DNA of 32,000 nucleotides from Bacillus subtilis subsp. subtilis str. 168 (GTDB taxonomy: Bacteria; Bacillota; Bacilli; Bacillales; Bacillaceae). The stretch lies in contig NC_000964.3 of NCBI RefSeq assembly GCF_000009045.1, forward strand, positions 600,001 through 632,000, read 5' to 3'. The notes below the pieces were generated by a model that saw nothing but the letters and a program-made list of their open reading frames with translations, had not been told where the DNA came from and did not search any database. Position numbers and translations under genes: made by a program. Each line of letters begins with the position of its first letter. Positions within the stretch are counted from its first letter, which is position 1. Shown here one piece after another: positions 15,871 through 24,443 of the stretch.

Positions 15871-16545
15871 ATGGACGATTTTAAATTAGATAAGCCGACT
15901 CCCTACTACCTGCAATTTTATAACCAGCTAAAAAAAATGATCTTCAACGGGACTTTTAAGCCTGGGGAACGGATAAACGAAACACAGCTGGCGAAAAGCT
16001 TTGGCGTCAGCCGCTCTCCGATAAGGGAAGCCATGCGATTGCTTGAGAAAGATGGTTTGTTAAAAGCGGATGACCGAAATGGGTTTTCGATCACGTCGTT
16101 AACGGCAAAAGATGTAGATGAGATTTATAAAATCAGAATTCCGCTGGAGCAGCTGGCAGTCGAATTAGTCATAGACGAAGCGGACGAAGAAGAGCTGACC
16201 ATACTCGAAAAACAGCTTGAAGAAACAGAGAAAGCGATTCACAACGGCACGGAAGATACAGAAATCATTCGTTTAAACCAAAAATTTCATGAGCTGCTGG
16301 TTGATTTCAGCCATAACAGACATTTGAAAAATTTGCTTGAGCATGTAAATGACCTGATTCATTTTTGCAGAATCCTTAATTATACCGGCGACCACCGCGC
16401 AGAAACGATACTGCGTGAGCACCGCAGGATATTTGAAGAAGTGAAAAAGAAAAACAAAGAAGCAGCCAAACAACATGTGCTGGCTCATTTCAATCATGAC
16501 TGTGAGCATTTGAAGCATGTGCTTGAAGAAGGTAAAGAGAATTGA
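15871..16545 (+). CDS. ydhC: GntR-family (FadR/FCD subfamily) transcriptional regulator, 224 aa
   Basis: N-terminal wHTH ERINETQLAKSFGVSRSPIREAMRLLEKDGLL and an all-helical C-terminal FCD-like domain. AAGAGG SD. Confidence 0.9.
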   Translation: MDDFKLDKPTPYYLQFYNQLKKMIFNGTFKPGERINETQLAKSFGVSRSPIREAMRLLEKDGLLKADDRNGFSITSLTAKDVDEIYKIRIPLEQLAVELVIDEADEEELTILEKQLEETEKAIHNGTEDTEIIRLNQKFHELLVDFSHNRHLKNLLEHVNDLIHFCRILNYTGDHRAETILREHRRIFEEVKKKNKEAAKQHVLAHFNHDCEHLKHVLEEGKEN

Positions 16546-16559
16546 TTTGTATGATCCGG

Positions 16560-16593
16560 TACCAAGGGAGAGCAGAACCCTTGGTATTTTTTT
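16560..16593 (+). terminator. Rho-independent terminator of ydhC
   Basis: TACCAAGGG-agagcagaa-CCCTTGGTA followed by T7. Confidence 0.85.
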
Positions 16594-16671
16594 ATGTATT
16601 CACCACATATCTAAGAGGCCCCGTTAATAAGATTTTATGATGGTTTGACTAACGAATAATGGGGGTTAAAT

Positions 16672-17934
16672 ATGTTTATCCATATCGTCGGGCCTGGTGA
16701 TTCTTTGTTTTCGATAGGCAGAAGATACGGTGCTTCTGTTGATCAAATACGGGGTGTGAATGGTTTAGATGAAACGAATATCGTGCCGGGGCAGGCTCTG
16801 CTTATCCCTCTTTATGTATATACAGTCCAGCCGAGAGATACGCTTACCGCCATTGCAGCTAAAGCGTTTGTGCCATTAGAGCGACTGCGAGCGGCCAATC
16901 CGGGCATCAGCCCAAATGCTTTACAAGCGGGAGCAAAAATAACGATTCCTTCGATCTCAAATTACATTGCGGGAACGTTAAGTTTTTATGTGCTCCGAAA
17001 CCCAGACCTCGATCGGGAATTAATCAATGATTATGCGCCATACTCGTCTTCGATTTCAATTTTCGAATACCATATTGCACCGAACGGCGACATTGCAAAC
17101 CAATTGAATGATGCGGCCGCTATTGAGACAACTTGGCAAAGACGAGTCACGCCGCTGGCAACAATAACGAACCTTACATCAGGAGGCTTCAGTACGGAGA
17201 TTGTTCACCAAGTGCTAAACAATCCGACAGCGAGAACCAATCTGGTCAACAACATTTATGACTTAGTTTCCACAAGGGGATATGGCGGTGTCACAATCGA
17301 TTTTGAGCAGGTGAGCGCCGCGGATCGCGATCTTTTCACTGGATTTTTACGCCAGCTGAGAGATCGACTTCAGGCGGGAGGGTATGTGCTGACGATAGCT
17401 GTTCCTGCAAAAACAAGTGATAATATCCCATGGCTGAGGGGCTACGATTACGGGGGGATAGGAGCGGTTGTCAATTATATGTTTATCATGGCTTATGATT
17501 GGCATCATGCGGGAAGTGAGCCGGGTCCTGTAGCGCCGATTACTGAAATAAGGAGAACCATTGAGTTTACGATTGCGCAGGTGCCGAGCAGAAAAATCAT
17601 TATCGGAGTCCCGCTCTACGGGTACGACTGGATCATCCCGTACCAGCCGGGCACAGTTGCTTCAGCGATTTCAAATCAAAACGCAATCGAAAGAGCGATG
17701 AGGTACCAAGCCCCGATACAATATTCAGCCGAATATCAATCACCGTTTTTCCGGTACAGTGATCAGCAGGGGCGGACGCATGAGGTATGGTTTGAGGATG
17801 TCAGAAGCATGAGCCGGAAGATGCAGATCGTCCGTGAATACAGATTGCAGGCTATTGGCGCTTGGCAGTTAACGCTGGGCTTTACGCCGGGCCCATGGCT
17901 TCTGCGGAAATTTTTTACGATCAGAAAAGTGTAA
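16672..17934 (+). CDS. ydhD: Sporulation-associated peptidoglycan hydrolase: two N-terminal LysM repeats plus a GH18 domain, 420 aa
   Basis: LysM repeats (HIVGPGDSLFSIGRRYG...; YTVQPRDTLTAIAAKAF...). GH18 catalytic block GGVTIDFE (D210-x-E212, 17299-17307). No signal peptide. Confidence 0.9.
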   Translation: MFIHIVGPGDSLFSIGRRYGASVDQIRGVNGLDETNIVPGQALLIPLYVYTVQPRDTLTAIAAKAFVPLERLRAANPGISPNALQAGAKITIPSISNYIAGTLSFYVLRNPDLDRELINDYAPYSSSISIFEYHIAPNGDIANQLNDAAAIETTWQRRVTPLATITNLTSGGFSTEIVHQVLNNPTARTNLVNNIYDLVSTRGYGGVTIDFEQVSAADRDLFTGFLRQLRDRLQAGGYVLTIAVPAKTSDNIPWLRGYDYGGIGAVVNYMFIMAYDWHHAGSEPGPVAPITEIRRTIEFTIAQVPSRKIIIGVPLYGYDWIIPYQPGTVASAISNQNAIERAMRYQAPIQYSAEYQSPFFRYSDQQGRTHEVWFEDVRSMSRKMQIVREYRLQAIGAWQLTLGFTPGPWLLRKFFTIRKV

Positions 17935-17967
17935 AAAAAGACACCAGAGCTTGGGTGTCTTTTTTTT
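17933..17967 (+). terminator. Rho-independent terminator of ydhD
   Basis: AAAAAA-AGACACC-agagcttg-GGTGTCT followed by T7. Confidence 0.85.
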
Positions 17968-18094
17968 GATTAAGTCCAGAGCAGCAGAATAGTTCATTCA
18001 TTTGTACCTTGCATGGGTTGTGTTCCCATTTTACGATTAGTAGTAGTCTGATCAAACAAAGAGTCAGAATACGATTTGAGAGGGAGTTGTCTAC

Positions 18095-19282
18095 ATGAAG
18101 ACAGTATTGATTTTGAATTTTCCTGCGGAAGGCCATGTGAATCCTACTTTAGGCATTACGAAAGCGTTTTCCGATAAGGGATATGATGTCCATTATATAT
18201 CCACTGAAAAATATAAAAAACGATTAGAAGCAGCGGGAGCAACGGTCCATCTTCACCGGGATCTGCTGCGAACGACACCTATTCATGTCGGTTCGCCCAA
18301 TGGCATTCTTGATTTCGTGAAAATCCATATCAAAACGTCATTGGACATTTTACAGATTGTCAAAGACTTATCTAAGAGCATTCAATTTGATTTTGTTTAT
18401 TATGATAAATTCGGCGCGGGGGAATTGGTGAGGGATTACTTAGATATTCCAGGGGTCTCTTCATCGGCGTCTTTCCTGTTTGGCGAGGAGCATCTGAAAA
18501 TCCTGCCGCTGCATCCGGAGTCTGGAGCGCCGCTTGAATTGGATCAAGAGTGCGAAGACCTTTTGGCAAAAATGAAAGAAACGTACGGTGTTGCCCCGAA
18601 AAACCTGGTTCAATTCATGAACAATAAAGGGGAATTGAACGTAGTGTATACAAGCCGTTATTTTCAGCCAGAAAGTGATCGTTTCGGGGATGAATGTCTA
18701 TTTATCGGGCCGAGCTTTCCAAAGAGAGCGGAAAAAACAGATTTCCCGATTGAACAGCTAAAAGATGAGAAGGTCATTTATATTTCAATGGGGACTGTAC
18801 TGGATCATACAGAGGATTTCTTCAACCTTTGTATTGATGCATTTTCAGGCTTTAACGGAAAAGTCGTCATCGCTGCCGGAGAAAAAGCGGACCTGACCAA
18901 ATTAAAGCAGGCGCCGGAAAACTTTATCATTGCTCCGTATGTCCCTCAGCTGGAAGTGCTGGAGCAATCGGATGTTTTCATTACACACGGCGGAATGAAC
19001 AGCGTAAACGAAGGCATTCATTTCAGCGTGCCACTGGTTGTCATGCCTCATGACAAGGATCAGCCGATGGTGGCGCAGCGTCTCTCTGAACTCCATGCAG
19101 GCTATGTCATCTCTAAAGATGAAGTCAATGCCCAAATATTAAAACAGGCCGTAGATGAGGTTTTGCGCAACGATCAGTATACGGCAGGCATTAAAAAAAT
19201 CAATCAAAGCTTCAAAGAATGTATGGACATGGAAGAAGTGATGGAGCGGATTGATGAGTTGATTCGCCAAAAAAACAAATAA
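18095..19282 (+). CDS. ydhE: GT1-family UDP-glycosyltransferase (macrolide glycosyltransferase MGT/OleD-like), 395 aa
   Basis: N-terminal FPAEGHVNPTL acceptor-domain motif and C-terminal nucleotide-sugar motif THGGMNSVNEGIHFSVPLVVMPHDKDQP. GAGGGAG SD. Confidence 0.9.
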   Translation: MKTVLILNFPAEGHVNPTLGITKAFSDKGYDVHYISTEKYKKRLEAAGATVHLHRDLLRTTPIHVGSPNGILDFVKIHIKTSLDILQIVKDLSKSIQFDFVYYDKFGAGELVRDYLDIPGVSSSASFLFGEEHLKILPLHPESGAPLELDQECEDLLAKMKETYGVAPKNLVQFMNNKGELNVVYTSRYFQPESDRFGDECLFIGPSFPKRAEKTDFPIEQLKDEKVIYISMGTVLDHTEDFFNLCIDAFSGFNGKVVIAAGEKADLTKLKQAPENFIIAPYVPQLEVLEQSDVFITHGGMNSVNEGIHFSVPLVVMPHDKDQPMVAQRLSELHAGYVISKDEVNAQILKQAVDEVLRNDQYTAGIKKINQSFKECMDMEEVMERIDELIRQKNK

Positions 19283-19283
19283 G

Positions 19284-19317
19284 AAAAAGAACTCCCGTAC
19301 CTTGTACGGGAGTTCTT
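19284..19317. terminator. Hairpin terminator shared by convergent ydhE (+) and ydhF (-)
   Basis: AAGAACTCCCGTAC-ctt-GTACGGGAGTTCTT, a 14-bp perfect stem. The T-run is present on the minus-strand side. Confidence 0.8.
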
Positions 19318-19320
19318 GAT

Positions 19321-20031
19321 TTAAAACTTGATTTTGATTTTTTGAGCATCACTGATTTTCTTATGGTTATGGTCAAAGACGTCACTTGTCGTGATTTCGA
19401 TCCACTTGATCTCTTTTGTTTTCTTCTCAGCATCCGCGGCCTTATCATGAGCATGGCCGCTTGATGCGTTCACAATAAAGCCGAGATTTCCGGACTTTTC
19501 GGCGCCGCCTTCCAATTCGCCGTTTAACTCTTCAAGATAAATATCTTTGTTCCAATCAAAGGTTTCACCCGTATTTGTTTTCATCAATGCAATCGGCGCA
19601 ACATTTACTTTTTTTGTAGAGGTGTTCTTGATATCAACGAAAACCTTAACGAAATCAAACTCTTCATCGTGTGTTAACTCATGAAAGTAATCAATCATGC
19701 TGTAGTCCGGGCGCAAGTGGATCAGCTTCATTTCTTTTACTGTTAACTCCACGTCGCCAATTTTATAGGTTTTGTTCACTTGTTTGATATCTTTTAAGAC
19801 AGCTTTTCCTTTATCATCTGAAAACGTTTGGCCGACCTTATGCAATGTCCGGTCATCAGTTACCTGGGAATTAGGCTGATAATCATCTGTGCTGTCCTTC
19901 TGGGATGAAGTGCTTTGCGGCTCAGCTTTTACTGTTTTCTCCCCGCCTGCATGCTGTTTTTCAGTACTGGCGTTTGATGAGCAGCCCGCAAGCATGATAG
20001 CAAAAACGAGAATTGAAAGAATTCTTCTCAT
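19321..20031 (-). CDS. ydhF: Lipoprotein of unknown function, 236 aa. Start at ATG 20029-20031; the longest ORF runs to 20085.
   Basis: Signal peptide plus lipobox MRRILSILVFAIMLAGC. GGAGG SD at 20039-20043. Lies 65 nt downstream of phoB, so probably forms a phoB-ydhF operon. Confidence 0.85.
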   Translation of the reverse strand: MRRILSILVFAIMLAGCSSNASTEKQHAGGEKTVKAEPQSTSSQKDSTDDYQPNSQVTDDRTLHKVGQTFSDDKGKAVLKDIKQVNKTYKIGDVELTVKEMKLIHLRPDYSMIDYFHELTHDEEFDFVKVFVDIKNTSTKKVNVAPIALMKTNTGETFDWNKDIYLEELNGELEGGAEKSGNLGFIVNASSGHAHDKAADAEKKTKEIKWIEITTSDVFDHNHKKISDAQKIKIKF

Positions 20032-20096
20032 GATGATTCCTCCATTAAAAAGAGATCCCGTTACTTCATACAAGCAACGGGACACCTTGTATTCTT

Positions 20097-21485
20097 TTAC
20101 TTATCGTTAATCTTAATGTTGTATTGTAAAGCCTTGAAAACATTTTTGGCGATTTCTGTATTGTCGATTTGGCCGGCAAATGTCTCACTAGACGGACCGT
20201 ATGCATAGACGGGAACATCTTCACCGGTATGTCCGCCTGTTGTCCATCCAGTGTGAGAGCGTTTATTAAAGATGTTCTCGATTGCGTTATCGATATCCAG
20301 TACTTCCTTCGATTTTGCCGCTTCTTCAACAGATTGAATTTCGGCTTTTGTTAAAGCCAATTTCTTTTGATCGATATATGTTTTCAACGTTTTTTCAACA
20401 TCCGCGCCGTCAGCGATCTTTTCTGCCATAAAGTCTGGTGTGCGCTTTGCGGCTTTAATGGGTTCACTGAACCAGTTGTAGATGCCGTCCGCACCGATGG
20501 AATATCCGCCGGTTGAGTGGTCAGCCGTTGCGACAACCAATGTGTGCTTGTCTTTTTTAGCGAAATCAATAGCCGCCTTATAAGCTTGTTCGAAGTCTTC
20601 CATCTCGCTCATGGCGCCAACGATATCATTGTCATGGCCCGCCCAGTCAATCTGGCTGCCTTCCACCATGAGGAAGAATCCGTCTTTATCCTTGTTTAAT
20701 TTTTTAATGGCTGTGTTTGTCATATCTTTAAGTGATGGAATATCCTTCGTACGGTCAATCTTTTTAGGCAGGCCGCCGTCAGCGAATAGGCCGAGAACTT
20801 GGCTGTCTTTGTTTTTCAGCATGTCCTTGCGATCATCCACGTAGCTGTACCCCGCCTTTTTGAATTCCTTAATCAAATTACGGTCCTTACGGTCAAAATT
20901 GCTCTTTCCTCCGCCTAGAAGGACATCAATTTTGTGCTTGCCGTTGACCATCTCATCAAAATAATCATCCGCAATTGAGTTCATATTTTTTCGGCTGTGG
21001 TCGTGTGAACCAAAAGAGGCCGGAGTGGCGTGTGTAATTTCTGAAGTGGCCACAAGTCCTGTTGCTTTTCCTTTTTCTTTCGCAGCTTCAAGCACCGTTT
21101 TGGCTTCTGACCCGTCGTTATCAACGGCTATGGCATTATTGTATGTTTTAATTCCCGCAGACATAGCCGTTGCCGCCGCTGCAGAATCCGTTACATTTTG
21201 TTCAGGATCATCGGGGTAAGTTGTTTGCTGGCCGACAAGATACTGATCAAAAGCCGTAGGCTCCACAACTTTTGTCTTTTTATTATCCTTTAAGTATCGA
21301 TAAGCAGACGTATAAGACACACCCATACCATCACCAATCAGAACAATAACATTTTTAATTTCGTCTTGGTTCCCCTTTTTCTTTTCCTGGGCGCTGGCTT
21401 CAGGCACACTGCCGCTGGCTAAGCTGCTGAACGCAATTGATGATAAAACCGCGATAGGCAGTAATTTCTTCGGGAATTTTTTCAA
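20097..21485 (-). CDS. phoB: Alkaline phosphatase III (PhoB), 462 aa, secreted, TTG start
   Basis: Signal peptide, active-site Ser motif VTDSAAAATA, and metal ligands (ADHSTGG, GHTGEDV). AGGAGG SD lies 8 nt before the TTG at 21483-21485. Confidence 0.95.
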   Translation of the reverse strand: MKKFPKKLLPIAVLSSIAFSSLASGSVPEASAQEKKKGNQDEIKNVIVLIGDGMGVSYTSAYRYLKDNKKTKVVEPTAFDQYLVGQQTTYPDDPEQNVTDSAAAATAMSAGIKTYNNAIAVDNDGSEAKTVLEAAKEKGKATGLVATSEITHATPASFGSHDHSRKNMNSIADDYFDEMVNGKHKIDVLLGGGKSNFDRKDRNLIKEFKKAGYSYVDDRKDMLKNKDSQVLGLFADGGLPKKIDRTKDIPSLKDMTNTAIKKLNKDKDGFFLMVEGSQIDWAGHDNDIVGAMSEMEDFEQAYKAAIDFAKKDKHTLVVATADHSTGGYSIGADGIYNWFSEPIKAAKRTPDFMAEKIADGADVEKTLKTYIDQKKLALTKAEIQSVEEAAKSKEVLDIDNAIENIFNKRSHTGWTTGGHTGEDVPVYAYGPSSETFAGQIDNTEIAKNVFKALQYNIKINDK

Positions 21486-21528
21486 CTGGATAACCTCCTA
21501 AATATAGATGAATCTCAATGACAACCCA

Positions 21529-21585
21529 ATTATATTTTTAAACTGTTAAGCTAGTATTAATCGATTTTAAAGATTGGATTTACAA
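21529..21585 (-). promoter_or_regulatory. phoB vegetative promoter region: TATAAT (21529-21534) preceded by phased PhoP-box-like hexamers
   Basis: Minus strand reads TTGTAA(21580-85)..TTTAAA(21566-71)-5-TTAATA(21555-60)-5-TTAACA(21544-49). The last three are at 11-bp phasing, as for TT(A/T/C)ACA PhoP boxes. Confidence 0.5.
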
Positions 21586-21692
21586 GAATAATGAACTGGC
21601 ACCCTTAAATAATGGTTATTCTTTTATGAGAAGTTTTAGAAGGAAAGAGCGATAGTACTAAAGAAATAAATTGGAGGAATAGATACTGGCCG

Positions 21693-21721
21693 TGGATAGG
21701 CGGACTGAAATCTGCTATAGT
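21693..21721 (+). promoter_or_regulatory. Candidate sigmaA promoter for ydhG (TGGATA - 17 nt - TATAGT)
   Basis: Hexamers at 21693-21698 and 21716-21721. This would give a 5' UTR of about 120 nt. Confidence 0.3.
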
Positions 21722-21846
21722 CGCATAGAAGCAACCCGCTTACATCTTGAACAATTTAAAGTATTACGTTGGAAAGAGGTATTGTGTAAGCACATGTCTG
21801 AGCAGTTCATATGGAGTGGCATCATTTTATTTTAGGAGGGAACAAC

Positions 21847-22218
21847 ATGGACGTTTTTTCTGAGTACTTAGCGGGGATTGCTGACCCGTTCCACCGAGAA
21901 AGAACGGAAGAGGTGTTAACTTGGATAAAAAATAAATATCCAAATTTACATACAGAAATAAAATGGAATCAGCCGATGTTTACGGATCACGGTACATTTA
22001 TTATTGGCTTTAGTGTTTCTAAAAAGCATTTAGCTGTCGCTCCTGAAAAAGTAACGATAGCGCACGTAGAGGATGATATTGTGAAGGCCGGATATGATTA
22101 CACCGAGCAGCTGATACGTATCCCTTGGAACGGTCCAGTTGATTATACGCTACTTGAGAAAATGATTGAGTTTAATATTCTGGACAAGGCGGACTGCTCC
22201 ACTTTTTGGCGGAAATGA
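21847..22218 (+). CDS. ydhG: DUF1801 (YdhG-like) small cytoplasmic protein, 123 aa. ATG at 21847; the track ORF begins at 21811.
   Basis: AGGAGGG SD lies 6 nt before the ATG at 21847. The upstream extension has no SD. Confidence 0.8.
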   Translation: MDVFSEYLAGIADPFHRERTEEVLTWIKNKYPNLHTEIKWNQPMFTDHGTFIIGFSVSKKHLAVAPEKVTIAHVEDDIVKAGYDYTEQLIRIPWNGPVDYTLLEKMIEFNILDKADCSTFWRK

Positions 22219-22220
22219 AG

Positions 22221-22265
22221 AAAAAGGCATAACATATGAGCTGTATAAAATATGTTACGCCTTTT
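22221..22265. terminator. Bidirectional terminator shared by ydhG (+) and ydhH (-)
   Basis: AAAAA-GGCATAACATAT-(12-nt loop)-ATATGTTACGCC-TTTT. 12-bp stem with one G-U pair. Confidence 0.8.
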
Positions 22266-22292
22266 CATTTGTCTATTTTTCGTTTTGATCAT

Positions 22293-22790
22293 CTATTGCT
22301 GCTTTTCATCAAACAAGGTCTTTTCATTGAGCGTAAGCTGACTCGCAGAATAATGATTACCTTGTTTCCATTTCACTTCAATCGTAATATCATGGCCTTC
22401 AAGCTCATGTTCATCTAACCGCTCTAAAAAAGAAACGGACTTTTCTTTTGCGCTTCCATCAGAAAAAGTGCCTCCAGCATAATCATGCATCGGGATTTCC
22501 GTGTCAGAACTCAGCAGAACTTCATCATCCTTTTTTACAATCAGTGATTCCAGATAAGTGTTGTCTATTTCAATTGTATCACCGATCCAATAAAGTTTGC
22601 CGCTGTATTCATTCGGTGCATCTTCATTTTTTGTGAAAACAGCTTCCCAATTCTGATCTTTGCTTTCTCCCTGCCAATTTGGATACTCCAAACGAACATG
22701 ATGAATCAGGTGATAGGAAAAAAAGATCAAGCAGAAAGCGATTAATAGGAATGCCGTGAAAATGAGAGGGTATTTATAATGACTGGACAT
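22293..22790 (-). CDS. ydhH: Membrane-anchored protein of unknown function, 165 aa
   Basis: Single N-terminal TM helix (PLIFTAFLLIAFCLIFFSY) followed by a soluble domain. AGGAG SD. 17-nt gap after ydhI, so the two form an operon. Confidence 0.8.
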   Translation of the reverse strand: MSSHYKYPLIFTAFLLIAFCLIFFSYHLIHHVRLEYPNWQGESKDQNWEAVFTKNEDAPNEYSGKLYWIGDTIEIDNTYLESLIVKKDDEVLLSSDTEIPMHDYAGGTFSDGSAKEKSVSFLERLDEHELEGHDITIEVKWKQGNHYSASQLTLNEKTLFDEKQQ

Positions 22791-22807
22791 AAAAGACTCC
22801 TATTCGT

Positions 22808-23290
22808 TTAATCAATTACCTTCGAAAATAGAATTTCATCCCGAATCAAAATGCCGTTTTCAGCCACCTCGGGAATCTCCGGCTTGAGTCGGCGCGCTTT
22901 TTCAACTGCGTTCGGAAACACTGCGGCGAATTGATAGCCTCTCTTTTGATAAAACGCTATCGCATTTACATTATCATTCGTTGTGATAAGCTTTATTCGT
23001 TGACAATGTGCATGTTTAGCCTTCTCTTCAACCTGCTGAAGTAAAGCTGTGCCGATTCCTTTATTTTCAATCATACTATCTAATGAAATAATTTCACAAT
23101 CTTTCCCATCTATTGTGTATGTAATACAGCCAATGATTTCGCCGCTTTCATTTACTGCGGCAAATCCATCTAATTCATCACACCGAAAAATGCCGCTGGA
23201 AATCGCCATCTCGGGTGTACCCCAATGCTTGGCAAAAAAATCGGTCAACATATGTTTCGCTATCTCATTGTTTGGGATGATGATCATCAT
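22808..23290 (-). CDS. ydhI: GNAT-family N-acetyltransferase, 160 aa (start may be the second ATG, at 23285-23287)
   Basis: Motif A IENKGIGTALL. GAGGAG SD lies 4 nt from the first ATG and 7 nt from the second. Confidence 0.85.
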   Translation of the reverse strand: MMIIIPNNEIAKHMLTDFFAKHWGTPEMAISSGIFRCDELDGFAAVNESGEIIGCITYTIDGKDCEIISLDSMIENKGIGTALLQQVEEKAKHAHCQRIKLITTNDNVNAIAFYQKRGYQFAAVFPNAVEKARRLKPEIPEVAENGILIRDEILFSKVID

Positions 23291-23372
23291 AACACTCCTC
23301 TATTGAAAGATTGCATATGTACTATCAATATAAACAATATATAACAAAAAAAATAGATGTTGAGGTGACGGC

Positions 23373-24350
23373 ATGGAAATCAGCGATATCATTTACGGGC
23401 AGCACCATATAGACGGAGTGCTGGAAGAGCTTATCAAAAGCGCTCCTGTGCAAAGATTAAAAGGAATCTATCAAGGCGGAGCAAGCTTTTTAGTCAATCG
23501 AAAGTGGAATGTGACCAGGTATGAGCACTCCATCGGCGTGATGCTCCTCATCAAAAAGCTCGGAGGAACGATAGAAGAACAGATTGCGGGTCTGCTCCAC
23601 GACGTATCACACACAGCTTTTTCTCATGTGGTCGACGTTGTCTTTGAAAATCAAGCAGAAGACTATCATGAAAACATCTTTCAACAAGTCATTGTTCACT
23701 CTGAAATCCCGGACATTTTACAAAAACACGGCTATCATACTGAAGAACTTTTATCTGACGATTCAAGGTGGACATTGCTCGAACAGCCCGCACCGGAGCT
23801 GTGTGCTGATCGGACAGACTATACGCTGCGTGATATGTACCGATATGGACACATTAACCTGCACGAAGCGCAAACCTTTTTGGATCATCTTATTGTGAGA
23901 AACGGAAGGATGTTTCCTGATAGTATTGAAGCCGCCGAATGGTTTGTCAGTGTGTACTACAAGGAAGTAATTGATTTCTTTTTGAATCCTGTGAATGTAT
24001 ATGGATATGAATATTTAGCGCGAGCATTGAAGGCAGCGCTGCGGCATGATGTCATATCTGCAGAGGATCTGCTGAAAACGGACCAAGAGGTACTGAACAT
24101 CCTGCGTGCATCAAAAAATGAAGAAGTCCTGAGCTTGCTTACATCCATTCATCCCGGCATACAAGTAATAGAGGATGACATCCAGTACGATTTCCATCAA
24201 AAGAAGAAAATGCGCCTAATCGATCCATCCATTTTTCTTGATGACAAATGGATCAAATCCTCAGGTGTTTCTGAAAAGGTGAGGAAAATGGGTGAGGCCG
24301 CTTATCAAAAAGCAAAAAAAGGTGTGTATATAAAAATCTTAAAGCAGTAA
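23373..24350 (+). CDS. ydhJ: HD-domain metal-dependent phosphohydrolase (COG1078 / SAMHD1-EF1143-like family), 325 aa
   Basis: RYEHSIGV ... AGLLHDVSHTAFSH ... DRTDYTLRD motifs. GAGGTGA SD. Confidence 0.85.
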   Translation: MEISDIIYGQHHIDGVLEELIKSAPVQRLKGIYQGGASFLVNRKWNVTRYEHSIGVMLLIKKLGGTIEEQIAGLLHDVSHTAFSHVVDVVFENQAEDYHENIFQQVIVHSEIPDILQKHGYHTEELLSDDSRWTLLEQPAPELCADRTDYTLRDMYRYGHINLHEAQTFLDHLIVRNGRMFPDSIEAAEWFVSVYYKEVIDFFLNPVNVYGYEYLARALKAALRHDVISAEDLLKTDQEVLNILRASKNEEVLSLLTSIHPGIQVIEDDIQYDFHQKKKMRLIDPSIFLDDKWIKSSGVSEKVRKMGEAAYQKAKKGVYIKILKQ

Positions 24351-24352
24351 TT

Positions 24353-24375
24353 GCCGCCTGACAGCGGCTTTTTTT
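24353..24375 (+). terminator. Rho-independent terminator of ydhJ
   Basis: GCCGC-ctgaca-GCGGC followed by T7. Confidence 0.7.
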
Positions 24376-24443
24376 ATGTTTGGCTTTGCAAACAAAGGGG
24401 AATAGGACAAACTGCGGGAACGCTTTATGAGAATATCAGCGTA

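Noticed and set aside
17921-18136. 71-aa minus-strand ORF spanning the ydhD-ydhE gap
   Set aside because: It runs through the ydhD terminator hairpin and the start of ydhE, and has no SD.
20066-20329. 87-aa minus-strand ORF overlapping the phoB 3' end and the ydhF start region
   Set aside because: It overlaps phoB out of frame, has no SD, and its Arg/Lys-rich composition is typical of an alternate frame.
21625-21654. Mini-ORF ATGAGAAGTTTTAGAAGGAAAGAGCGATAG (MRSFRRKER*) in the phoB-ydhG gap
   Set aside because: It has no SD. At 9 codons it has no supporting signal, so it is probably a chance ORF.
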